A stretch of DNA of 64,000 nt. It comes from Tubulanus polymorphus (taxonomy: Eukaryota > Animalia > Nemertea). The position numbers and the translations under genes are program-made. The DNA is taken from NCBI RefSeq assembly GCF_964204645.1, contig NC_134026.1, forward strand, positions 14,106,050 to 14,170,049, read 5' to 3'. Shown here piece by piece: positions 39,167 through 52,044 of the stretch. Each line of letters opens with the position of its first letter. Positions within the stretch are counted from its first letter, which is position 1. The notes under the pieces are model-generated. The model saw nothing but the letters and a program-made list of their open reading frames with translations. It searched no databases and was not told the DNA's origin.

Positions 39167-39394
39167 TTTAATACTAAATTTTTTTTAAAATTGATTTTAG
39201 AAGTTCAATGATTTATATATGAATTATTTCATTCACACTTTACTAACACTTTTAATGTTTAAAAATCTAACTCATACAAATATAAATATTGAAATAATGT
39301 TTAAAATATATCTATTCTATAAGAGCTCGTTAATTACTTGTTACTTATATATGTTATTCATTTATATTTTATTCATATATATGAATATTTTAAG

Positions 39395-39588
39395 AGTAAT
39401 AGGGGTTTAGTTGTTTCATATCAAAGGTTGAATGGTTGAGAAATTTTCCAAATGTTAAAATAATAATAATTTCTACTTGAATTAGGAGTGTACGCGACTA
39501 ATTCAAGTAGAAATTATTATTATTTTAACATTTGGAAAATTTCTCGACCGTTCGACCTTTGGTATGAAACAACTAAACCCCTATTACT
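39395..39588. repeat. Terminal imperfect palindrome (91-nt arms, 12-nt loop) of the Polinton
   Basis: 39395-39485 is the reverse complement of 39498-39588 except at four C/T positions. Confidence 0.92.
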
Positions 39589-40116
39589 AATGCAGATTTA
39601 AAAGTTATAAAACCAAGAAATTATTCTAGTCCAGGAGTTCGAAACGTCGTGTCATTTCAATTTTCGATTGATAAATTTGTTTTAAAACTTTAAAAATTTT
39701 AGTCTGTATATAGTGGGATTTTATCTTATTACGAACGGATTGAAGTGAAATCTTTCAAGATTTTTTCCACACATCATCAAGCGCCCTTTAAATCAAGACA
39801 GATTCATCTTGAGTAAAATAATTCATTTTCAAGTGACCACTCAGCAAGTAGTTTAATTCTACAGTCTCAGTTCCAGCGAATTTAATCAATCATCTCGTAG
39901 GAACAAAATCGAAGGTGCTACAAAGTATTACACAACCTGGCCCATCTCATTTCATAGATAGCAAACACGTTGTGCCTATTGACTAAAGCACATCGGCCAC
40001 CTGTCAATTATGTTATCCTCGTGTTTATATTGTCACGTATCACTGCATACACAGTTGTATCGCAGCAACATGACTTTTAGTATGGAATCAAAAACGAAGC
40101 GAAATTATGATCCAGA

Positions 40117-40245
40117 TAATGTTCGCTGGAAAAAGTTTTAAGAATTTCGCTTATTTCACAAAACTAACGAATAACTATTGCCAAGACAGGCCATGTTCTC
40201 CGCTCATTTCGGTTCCTTATTAAGCTTACATTTTCATCTTTCCTT
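40117..40245 (+). repeat. ~130-bp direct repeat, second copy at 47157-47296
   Basis: TAATGTTCGCTGGAAAAAGTTTTAAGAATTT..GCCAAGACAGG present twice. Confidence 0.85.
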
Positions 40246-42286
40246 TCGTTTAAGCGTCCATGGTTCGTCCTACCTTTTATGAAATCAAAAATATCTTAAT
40301 AAAAATAAAACCATAATATGCTTTATTGTATTACGTTTACTAGTTTATTTTCACTCTATAGCGGCGTTACACACGGTACAAAGTCTGAAAGAAAAATTAT
40401 AAGCCTTTATTATATACAGGGGAAATCAGTGTACCTATAACTTGAATGAATAAGAATACATACCTTATATCTTCTGACACCTCAGTTTGAGTCTCAATTG
40501 TCTGTCTGAAAAATACCCAACATGATTTTCAGATTTAAAATTTTGAAAAAATGGTGGAAAATGAAATCACATTTTATTTTTAACTCGTGAATGGAAATAA
40601 TGTGTAGAAAATAACTGCTCTATAGTTATGCGTGTAGTTAATACCTTTTGAGGCCATCGATGTCCGTCTGCGTTGCCTGGTCCACAAAGCGAGATTCGAC
40701 CTTTCTGCTGCAATAATTTGAATGCAAAACACATTATCGCACGTGCCGACAAATAAATATTGCATTGTATAGTGATGAAATTGTCAATCTATTTTATGAT
40801 TAAATTGGCGATAGAGGTAATACATTGTATTTCAATTGCTATTGTTTGATTAATGAGTGACCTGTACCTCTTTTTACAGCGTTTTTGTTTAAGGTACTGC
40901 TGTCCAGCTTTGATGATGGTATCGACGTGACCATCAGATTTCTGTAAATTTCCTTTCTCAAGAACCTGTAGAATATATGCATATAGATTCAATGTAAAAA
41001 CAAAAAACACTCAAAATATTACTTTAAAACAAACTTTACAAATCAAAAAACTAGAGACATGGCATTTCAGACTTTTCTACATGCAGACACCATCGTCAAA
41101 GTGTTTGTAATAAGAATCCCCTTACTGTGTTTGAACTTCGCCGCATCATCGAATAGCCGAATTAATCAAGACATAGCCTATTTAATTAATTGATAGCCAA
41201 ATAAATGCAAAATACAAATTTGCTCTTGAGATGGAAGATCCGACTTTTAAAACTTGATACGCCGTTAATGATTGACGGTTGATGGTTTAGATAACACGTA
41301 TTTGTGTTGTTTTGCTGCTAGCGGTAAAAACAGTCAGCCTAAGTAATTTCTTTACTTTATAAAAGACTAATTACCCTAAAGTAAGGGAAGATTCGCCCGG
41401 CTGGACTTAATACATAGTTTTTTTCGCAATCATGAGCCATTGCAAGGCCACACTAATATCTATACATGGATATAAATGATTAATTAAATTAGACGTATTA
41501 AATTAGGTAGCCAACTAAATAAACCCCAATCAGTCGCTTGTCGGTTCAGACTGGTTGGAAGATTGTTTGAATGAACCGTATCGGAACAGAATTTCCCAAG
41601 TATGTACTTCGATTTTAAAAAATTCTGTAAACTCCCCCGCCGATCACACAACTATATATGTACTTTAATTTCCGATTTCAAAATAAAATCCCTGTTTCAC
41701 TCCCGGCAGGTGTGGTGGGTCTGTAAGGGACACCAAATCAAAAAAAAATCAAACGTAATCTACCAATCAAATAAATAAAAGGGTCAATCCCTATTCTAAG
41801 ATTTAAAAAAAAAACACATTGAGAAATAACAAGTTTGTTTCACTATAGTGGTATTCTTCCGTCAATATGTTTTTAATCATGGACACTTAAGTCCATGATT
41901 TAACTGAATTTGAACTGAATTCGGCGATTCGGAAAATTCAACGATTTGGTTCAAACGCCCAATTTTTTATGTTGGTCTCTCCGAAATATTATGTCCCCTT
42001 GAATATTCCGAAAGTGTGGTACATTATTTTCTAATTTTATGGATTGCATAGTTACACCGGCACAAATTATCTTTTACATTTTTTTGTGGGCGAATCAACT
42101 TCGAATAATGATTCCATCAATATGTGAAATACCAGACCATCAGACTAAACCTCAGATATGACCACATGTGTTAAGACACGTGTTTATGCTTGGGTCTTTT
42201 ATCATGGGTATATATCTATTTGTATGATACATGATCTTTGTAGATGCTGAGTCGAGCCACGCGTTATTTTTCACCACGCTTTTAGA

Positions 42287-43498
42287 ATGGCAGTCGTATC
42301 GTTCCATATTGATTTTCAGAAAAACTTACCCTGTCCAAAAATGCCAACTCAATCCATCTACTACATGAGACAAATATATACTTTTAATTTTGGAATTTAT
42401 TCCGGATTCCACCAAAACATGAAGCGTTTCATGTATTCCGAAGAAATGGCTGGTAAAGGTGCTGATGAAGTAATCAGCATGATTGACATTATGTTGAATA
42501 AAACTAGTTACGGGAACACTGGTGAGTCGATTTTTTAAATGTTATATTCTCTCTAGAGTACTGTTTCAATTGATAGTTATCCAATGTATAGTACATTCAT
42601 ATCTTTATTTATTTTATATATTTTCTTTAGGTGCTGACAACCTGATCATTTGGGCCGACAACTGCAGCGGGAAAAATAAGAATTATGGTATACTATGGTA
42701 TACCCAATATTTGATTGATTCAGGAGAATACAAACGAGTGGACTTGAAATATCTAAAGCAAGGACATTCTTATGGTCCTTGTGATCGCTTCTTCGGACAA
42801 ATTGAGAAAAAGAATAGAACCCACGAAAAAATAATGCTGCCCAGAGATTGGATGGACATTGCTGCCTCAAATAAATCAATAGGTGAGTAAAAGACATAGT
42901 AACGTACGTGTATGTGTTCATTCGTACGTACGTACATACATACATACATTAATACATGCACACATACATACATACATACATATTATGAAGTATTTTCTTT
43001 TCTATTTAAGAAGTGTACCGGGTACAACAAGATGAATTTCGCGACTTTCGTTCATGGCTGGGTCATATTTTCAGTTCAAATCGAAAAGCTGAAAATTCAC
43101 CGATACCAACTGTGTTGGCAGACACAAAATGGATTAATTTTGGTATCGGTGAAGTGGCTTTAAATGGACACTTCCAGATAAATTAATTAACTGAGGTTTT
43201 TTCGAGAAAAAATTGTTTCCACGTGCTTCTAATCCAAAGTTACTTATATCTTTTACAGACTGTGAACCACAACAGGACGGCATGGCTCAGATCTTCACAC
43301 GATGTTACTAAGACACCAATGAAGGTTGATTATCATAAAGAGGGATTGGATTTGGACGATCTACCCCTTCAAACGAAGCCGTTGTATAACGAATACCCTC
43401 TACCTCTTAATCAGGCAAAAATTGATGATTTGCAAAAGATTGCAGAAAACTGGGTTGAACCTCACGCCAAAGACTTTTACCTAAATTTGACCTCTTAG
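42287..43498 (+). CDS. Sola-like DDD transposase, catalytic half; four exons (42287-42521, 42631-42882, 43011-43177, 43259-43498)
   Basis: IDFQKNLPCP..YYMRQ, E.MAGKGADEVIS, WADNCSGKNKN, GHSYGPCDRFFGQIEK, LY..PLPLNQAKIDDL..FYLNL; exons splice in frame; third donor reads AT rather than GT; superfamily call from motif recall. Confidence 0.75.
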
Positions 43499-44598
43499 TA
43501 ATAAACAGAAACTTACACTTTTCACAAACTCTTCCGTTTTTTCTCGCGTGCTACGTTTCTTCATTCCTATTCCATTTAAGTGCATTTCGTTTTTCGTTGA
43601 CCGTACGATTTTCTGAAAGGGAGCGTTATCTTGTCATTCCACAAAATTAATTATAAATTTTTCACGAAGTGAAATTAAATTACGATAATTCCTGTGCACT
43701 TAGATTTAGAATATTGATACTCACCAATATATTTTTTCTTCGCTGGGCCATTTTGGAGCCTTTTTTAAGCTTCTTCGCAGCCAAACAAGCGGAACTCAAA
43801 TTTGAAAGTTGTCGCCGTGGAGACAAATCAATCGGCGTGCTCATTAGATGTTGGCCCCGTTTGACAGGAGTACAGGGAGACGGTAATGTATGAATATTTG
43901 TCTCCTCGAAACTGCTCGTATCTTGGCCATATTGCATCCCTTGCCCCTCGAAGCTGGAGGAATGGCCATACTGGCCAAAATTCTGACTTTGGGTAGCAAA
44001 GCCAGGTCTAATTCCATATTGATTATTCAGATTATTATAGAAGTTCATTGTTTGCCGTTGAAGAAATATGTGAGGAGTACCATTTGGGATTGACTTAAAT
44101 TATATGGGAAAAAATCAGAAAGTCTGGCTTGTCAGATGATTAATGACTGTCCAGTTGCTGGCGCAGCGTTTCGTTTACACTAAGATATATAGGCACATAA
44201 TTGCTTTGAACCACATGGTCATCATATCACTATTTCAAAAGTTAACAAAACTCTGCCGCAGCAACAGACCAGTCATTAGTTCAGTCAGAATAATTATTCG
44301 AAACGCTCTAGCATCATAATAAAAAAATGAATTCATCCAGAGTTAACAGCCCATTTCAAACTATTTTTGATAACAAAGAAAATTGGCTGAATGTTTCGGA
44401 GTGTTGTTACGCAGATTCTTTGAGGCAACGTGGGTACGAAGTGGTGAGTGAAAAAAAACAACAACAATGAACATGAAATTTTTCTCTCCACGTAGAATAA
44501 AGATATTACTTAAAACTGATTCATGATCATTCTAAGGCCAATTGCTTAGAGTCAGTTGTTAAATACCACGGTAATGTTATATCGAATAAACCATTTTA

Positions 44599-45643
44599 CA
44601 GTTGCTAGCCGCCATTTTGTAAGGGTACTTTGTCCTGTATTGTTTGGTCATTTTTTTCTCCTTTTTAAAAACTATTTATGATATGCGTGTTTTATCATAC
44701 TTCACCGGTCCATAGATAGATTTTGACAGTTTTAACAACATTAAAACCGCGTGAATCTCTAGTTTTCAGTTATGTAAAATTCATTTCTCAATTTTGCAAC
44801 AATGCAACATGAGAGCAATATAAAAAAACTGTGGCCAGTTTTTTGCCACGCACGTAAAAATTGAGGGTACTGTATTTTGAAGTCCTTTATCTTTAAAAAT
44901 AGTTTTCAGGAACAGTTTTCAAACATTTCAGGAACTGTGAGCATAAATGCCCCCTTTCAAGTGAACTTTAAAATTTCAAGATATCTTGCCTAGTTTTCAT
45001 TCTATGGCTATTCAACAGCAGTGCGTCATTTGTCACTTTTCGGCGCTGTTTTCTAAACATGTATTTCAGTCTGTGGGTGTTATTTTTCTTTGATACTATA
45101 CTTTTCTCTCAGAAAATGGTTTTAATTATTGGTATTAAGTTGGAATATAAATAATTATATGCAATATGGATGTCGAAGACATTAAAGATGCTTAAATTGG
45201 GGTTTGAACGATTTTTTGAGCATGTTTAAGCAGCAGAGCGGCATTTTGATCACGCATTCCAAGTTGCGCGCGGGTAGAGAAAACATAGGCAAGATATCTT
45301 GAAATTTTAAAGTTTACTTGAAAGGGGGCGTTTATGCGCAGAGTTCCTGAAATGTTTCAATGTTTTTTAATTGAAAAATAACGAACTTCAAAGTACAGTA
45401 CCCTCAATTTTCACACGCGTGGCAAAAACTGGTCATGACGCATTTCGCAAATTTGAGAAATGAATTTAACATAATTGAAAACTAGAGATTCACGCGGTTT
45501 TAATGTTGTTGAAACTGTCAAAATCCATCTATGGACCGGTGAAGTATGATAAAACACGCATATCATAGTTTTTAAAAAGGAGAAAAAAAATCACCAAACA
45601 ATACAGGACAAAAGTACCCTAACAAAATGACGGCTAGCAACTG
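44599..45643. mobile_element. Foldback MITE with ~400-bp inverted arms
   Basis: CAGTTGCTAGCCGCCATTTTG.. / ..CAAAATGACGGCTAGCAACTG; complementarity extends to about 45000/45280. Confidence 0.88.
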
Positions 45644-45820
45644 GATAGTAAAATAAATCAACGGAAGCGCTACTTATAAATTCGCGCTTTACGCTTATAA
45701 TTTCGCGGTGCAGGGGGGCGCAAAAGAAATCGGAAGCATGTGCATATTTCAAAGGAAAACTGACGAAAAAGTTTTATCAATGAGTTAATCTTTTGAAAAT
45801 AAATGTCATTATCATTTCAG

Positions 45821-46590
45821 GTAAAAGAGATACGAAAAAAATTTGATGAAGAAAAAACGTATGAATTACAAAGTCGTATGATAGCATTGTACTGTCACCA
45901 ATTTTCGCCCAGTGGGAAAAGATCATTTTACCGTTATCGCCTGCCAAACGAAGAAAGAAATCTTAAACAGGCTTGTCGACTGGCAGTATTGAAGGCACTC
46001 GGTATTTCCCGAGCACGGCTTTTACCAATCACGCAAGGGATGGAAGGGGAGGCATGGCAATCAGTATGTTACTTCACCAGAAATGACCAGTATGGTATGT
46101 AGTGATTATCAATCATCATTAATCATCATTCACAGATGAACAATAAATATTTGCAAACAAAACATTCATTATCGGACTAACAAAATACTTTCTGTTTCAG
46201 GTTGAAGATCACATTAAATCGTTTGAACCGACAGAGAGTCACTGTGGTCGCACTTCAACGAATAAAAAATATCTACCATCCCATCTTAATGTGGTAGAAC
46301 TATATAAGGGATTTTTACGACAGGCTCATCCACCAGCTAATCACCGCCCAATAACGCTGTGCATCTATAGGAAAATCTTCAATAAAATGAACCTTTCATT
46401 TCGAAGCCCATGGACTGATACCTGCCCTACTTGCGACTTAATAAACAACAAGAAGGTAGCTACAGATGATGGCCAAACTAAAATTAAGTTGGAAGAGCAG
46501 CTATCTGAACACCACGCGAAAGCTGCCCTGGCCATGGACACGATGAAGGCCGATATGTTGAAATCGAGGCAGTTCTTTGAACGCGTTTAA
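45821..46590 (+). pseudogene. Sola-like transposase N-terminal half; exons 45821-46094 and 46201-46590, one frameshift
   Basis: C..AVLKALGISRARL, DGRGRHGN (shifted frame), VEDHIKSF..SHCGR..KYLP, YRKIFNKMNLSFRSPWTDTCPTCD; canonical splice sites. Confidence 0.7.
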
Positions 46591-48786
46591 ATGTCAGTGG
46601 TGATATTCAGACTCAGATTTCAGACTACTTGATTGTCGATTGTATTCACTCTATGTTCTATATTGCCATTGGTAGTTAGGATTACGATTAGTAATTACAT
46701 ATTTGTCATAAATAAATGAAATCATTTAGTATACTTTTTATGTTTTTTTCTTTTTCTGTTCTTGGGTTTATGAGAATTCCAATAAACTCTCAAAATCATA
46801 TTAACATGAATACTGTTTTTTTGTCTAAAGAAGATTTGAAACAGGTACTTTCAGACAGAAATGGGTACTGAATTATCAATTGACCTCTGATAAGCATCTT
46901 TGGATCATACCTGACGAGACTAGTAGATTGACTCGAGACAACCCAAAGGTAAAAATTCAACCCAAAAGTAAAAAGTCAATTGTCGGGCGGCTTAACATCA
47001 GAAGTATCAGTTTGCAGTAGTGACCTGTTGCAAAGTGCATGCAGTGCCATGTGTCTAGTTGTTATGGTTGTGTATATAGAATAAGCAAGAGCGAGAGAGC
47101 CACGCATTGGAATGATGACTGATGTTGGAGAATTTCCTAACAGGCAGTGATCAAGTTAATGTTCGCTGGAAAAAGTTTTAAGAATTTTGCTTATTTCACA
47201 AAACTAACGAATAACTATTGCCAAGACAGGTCAAGTTTCTATGATCTCTGCTCATTCCGGTTCTTTATTACTTAAGCTTACATTTTCGTCTTTCCTCCAT
47301 TAGTAAAACTCTCAAATCTTAGAACACATTACATATATTTTTTCACACATATTTCTCTCTTTGGAGTCTCTCTCTGGGACTGATGGAGTTTCATATCACA
47401 GTATCAAGAAATCTGAAATGTGAGTATAAAAAGTGGCAAGGATGTGAAATAATACTGATGCAGGTAGCGTGTGAGCAGATGTTTTGACACTGACCTGCAT
47501 AGGGTCAGCTCAGTCTAGCAGATCGCTCGCACGCGCAGCTGCTCTTTGATGTGGTCAAAAAGCCGCACGTTGTTATAAATATTATGTTTTGATGCAAATA
47601 ACTAAGTTTAATATCTTTATATTACAGAATATGGAAAATGATGTTTCTAAAGATCTGTATCAAAATACTTTTTATAACGTTGTACATATCGTATATGTAT
47701 TACATATTTTATTATCTTTTATAAATGAGTTACGAATGCACGGCCAGTACCAGAATAATGATTCATAACTTTATTTTGATAGAAATAAACTGACCAAAAC
47801 GTCAAAAATGATGTATTCTCTTGTGACGTTAGTTATTTCTTTCTGTAGATGACACTGACTCGCTAGTGGATCTGGGCAGATGGACAAAAGCACAGTTGAT
47901 TCAACATTAGGAGTAAAATCCGCCTAAGCTAGCATATTCAAATATTCTGGGTTAGTGCCTAATCATTTGAATAAGCTCTCTATCCTGGCATCACAAAAAA
48001 AAACAAATTTTATAGTTAGATAGCCATGGCATTGTTGCATACACATTTCTTCTCAACACAAAGGCCTGGTGGTTTTTTAAGATTGAGTTTCTGACCAATA
48101 TCTCCATTGAATTACTTCATTTGGGTTTTGACGAAAGCCTTTTAATTGAGAAGTAAAAATAGGAAGTTATGATCGGTATTCCCTATAGATTAATCAAATG
48201 ATATGTTCTATGTGTCACTATCAAAGAAGTGCAAAAACACGCTTGAACTACTGTAAGATCGGGGTGCGATAACCCTTTAGTGTCAAAAATAGATCAGAGT
48301 TTCTGTTTAGATGTCTGGTTTAATCACTCTGCAATATATTAGATTAAAAACATATACATTTGAAAACCACCCTCTTAGAAATCGGTTACTATTAAAGAGT
48401 AGACACTAATAATGGTCACTCTTATAAGTAACCGTTTTGACAAAGGTGACTAATAGTTACTCTCCATTTTTAAATGTATGGTTCTCATAGTCTACCTTTT
48501 CTATAATGTACACTCTCAAAACCTTACCGTTCAGAAACAATACTATTTTAAAGTATATGGTACCAATCGTACACTCTAAATACCATATGCTTTACAACCA
48601 GAGACTTTCGAAAACCAACCGTTTCAGAAAGTATATTATTTAAAAGTATACGATACAAATCGTAGACTCTAAAAACCACATGTTTTACAACCAGAGACTT
48701 TCGAAAACCAACCGTTTAAGAGAGTGTACTATTTGAAAGTGACTATTCTAAAACGTATACTACTGAAAAAGTAGCTGATATCATTA

Positions 48787-51445
48787 ATTAGGGTTTTCTG
48801 TTATTTCACAGAAAACCCTTTTGATATCCGCGTGATTATTAGGGTTTTCTGTTATTTCACAGAAAACCCTATTGATATCCGCGTGATTATTAGTAGGGTT
48901 TTCTGTTACATCACAGAAAACCCTATTGAGATTCGCGTGTTTCTTATTATTATTATTATTATTATTATTATTTTCCACACATTTTTTGTCAAAAGTACAT
49001 AGGCTTTTTTACATTACCGCTGTTGCCGATACAATCCGTCTGATATCATTCAGCTCACTTCAATCTACAAATACTCCGTGCAAATTTTGAAGAATCAACG
49101 TTACAAAAGCACTGTCGGGCCGTAAACATCGAAAATTGAGCCCCATTCAAAGAGCCGACATGTTTTTCTAAGTCGTCTTTCCGAAATCTACCGCACGTTT
49201 CTTGTCACATCGATTATCAATTCAAGCATAAATTAACAAATTTATTACCCAAAGATTGCACATTCTGTCGCGGTTTTTAAAAAACTAATTTTAACAATAA
49301 CCCATTTTCCTCATCAAATTATAATACCGATACACAGGAAATTTACTACTTTAGATTTTAAAAGCACTGTCGAGTCGTAAACATCGACAAATCGACGTGT
49401 GTCACTACATCGTCGTTCCGGGAATCAGCTGCGAGTTTCTCCTCATTCTGAGAATCAAATCGAGTACAAATTAATTTATTACTACCAGTCATTTGGCTGC
49501 GGGCGTCAAGCAGTTAATTTAGCAATACCTATTTTTCTTTACCAAATTTACCGTGTTTTTACTAAGATAGATCATAAGTGTACCGGGGAGTCGTAGGCCT
49601 AAACTAAACACGCCGAAGAGATATAGCGGAGAAAAGCTGTTATGTCGACGAGGTATCAAAATAAAAGAATATATTACTTTATTCGGCCGCGGGCCTCTGT
49701 ATCAATACCATCAATACTCTATATTTCCTACAGTACATACCGATCATTGTCAAATCCACAAGGTATTTACTAAATACAAGTATATAACACACTCCTATCC
49801 GTATGCTGGACTCACACTTGACATTCGGAGTAAGCGTTCGCGGTGGGGGAAAGGAGATCGTTCGCTGTGTCGCTTGAAGTGTTTATCGAGTTTTACGCGA
49901 CCTTAAAGCTTTAGTATGGTGGCTGATAAGATACAAAAACACGAATATGCAAATGAGGGCGACATTACGACAAAACGACAAAACTAAAATAACGCGAGAA
50001 AACAATGATTTTGATTTTGTCGCCCGCGACAATTCATTATTTGGGTTTTATCGCCCACGACAATTCATTACTTTGGTTTTATCGCCAGCGACAATGTATT
50101 ATTTTGGTTTTGTCGCCCGCGACAATTCATTATTTTGGTTTTATATTTTGTTTTTGTCGCCCACGACAATTTTCTTTTTTGGTTTTGTCGCCCGCGACAA
50201 TTCAATATTTTGGTTTTATCGCCCGCGACAATTCATTATTTTGGTTTTGTCGCACGCGACAATAGCGACAATTCAAGATTTTGGTTTCATCGCCCTCGAC
50301 AATTCATTTTTTGGATTTGTCTCCCACGACAATTCAATATTTTGGTTTTATCACCCGCGACAATTCATTATTTTGGTTTTATCGCCAGTGACATTTTTTT
50401 TTCTTTTTGTCGCGGTTTTATCGCCTGCGACACTTCAATATTTTGGTTTTATCGCCTGCGACAATTCATTATTTTGGTTTTATCGCCCGCGACAATTCAT
50501 TAGTTTGGTTTTGTCGCCCGCGACAATTGAATATTTTGGTTTTGTCGCCCGCGACAATTCAATATTTTGGTTTTATCGCCCGCGACAATTCATTTTTTGG
50601 TTTTATCGCCCGCGACAATTTATTATTTTGGTTTTATCGCCCGCGACAATTCATTAGTTTGGTTTAGTTGCCCGCGACAATTGAATATTTTGGTTTTGTC
50701 GCCCGCGACAATTCATTATTTTGGTTTTATCGCCCGCGACAAATGATTTTCTTGGTTTTGTCGCCCGCGACAATTCAATATCTTGGTTTTATCGCCCGCG
50801 ACAATTGATTATTTTGGTTTTATCGCCCGCGACAATTAATTTTTTTGGTTGTGTCGCCCACATTATTAGCTATATGTATGTCGATATATCGCGATATATC
50901 GTGTCAAGTCCACATGAATATGTCTACATATCGTGACGTTTTCACGACAAATTTCGCTTATTTGCTCATTTTCCACGGGACAAGCCGTAATTTGAAGACA
51001 TGTCTAAATGTAAGATGAGGACGCCAGTAATATGACGACTGAGTTTCAAGTCGTCATGAATATGTCGACTTGTTGCGAGGAAAATGGTTGAGAAAACGAA
51101 ATATGCCGTCAAAACGTCACGATATATCGACATATTCATGTCGACTTGACGCGATATATCGCGGTATGTCGACAATAATATAACGACTTGTCGAGTTGGA
51201 ACGCGTCATCTCGAGGCCCCTTATCGCTTCCGTAGATATAGTGTCGAATATTAAGGTCATATTGGCAGATTATTTTTTTTTAAAGTGATATTAAAGCGAT
51301 CATTCAAGTGATCCTACTTAATGAAAGATCTACGGAAGCGATAAAGGGCCTCGAGTTGTTGCGTTCCAACTCGACAAGTCGCCATATTTATGTCGATATA
51401 TCGCATCAATTCGACATGAATATGTCGACATATCGTGACGTTTTG
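48787..51445 (+). mobile_element. Second, inverted copy of the family B composite (triplicated 5' hairpin, unique arm, 31-bp array, GTCGAC foldbacks); 3' end not found
   Basis: 49365-49900 is the reverse complement of 30505-31050; module order is the same. Confidence 0.8.
50010..50862. repeat. 31-bp minisatellite, opposite orientation to the 28.4-30.3 kb array
   Basis: (CGCCCGCGACAATTCATTATTTTGGTTTTAT)n. Confidence 0.95.
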
Positions 51446-52044
51446 TTAAATGTTAAAACTAGCTGTCTGAAGTTTCTGTTGTCTGTATGCGCTCGTTGGT
51501 AATTCACAGACAATAGCTGCTCTCTCAACAACGACTAGCAAGGAGTGAGTAAATCACAACGCGTCATGACAGGAGGGTTGGAAGAAAAAGTTTATATCAG
51601 CAAATCAGTTTCTAAAAAAACCTTTAGATCAGCAAATCAGTAGGGCTAAATTTTCCGTAACTAAAAACGGTCATGACAGTTGGGTAGCTGCTCCTTGCCA
51701 AAAAGCGGAAGACCCTGCGTGGGAGAATCGGAATTCTGAGAATGCCGGTTCTTTCTACAAAAGGGGGCCGCTATCGAGAGAGAGGAGAGAATCTGTACCT
51801 TAGTAAGACGAGTGTCGACAGCAGGACAGGAGAAGCTTCGGAACGATAGGGATTCATATACAATAGGGATTAGGAAAATCATTCACAGGTTCAAGGTAAA
51901 TAAAATATATTATCTTCAATATTATCATCCGGTATTTCAATTTATTCATTCGGATTTGTGCACGGACACGTTCTCTCGCCGGGGCCTTACTCAAGTATTT
52001 TATAGATAACGATTAAAGAGAGGATTGTGACCGGTGTATCACTA

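Larger units (their letters stand above)
20620..39588 (-). mobile_element. Polinton/Maverick (adintovirus-like) endogenous element; right terminus intact, left terminus not found
   Basis: Co-oriented, intronless, very AT-rich genes for pPolB, penton, MCP, integrase and ATPase; terminus reads 5'-AGTAATAGGGG from 39588; left boundary approximate. Confidence 0.92.

Noticed and set aside
49947-50936. Repetitive ORFs on the plus strand
   Set aside because: Same minisatellite in reverse orientation
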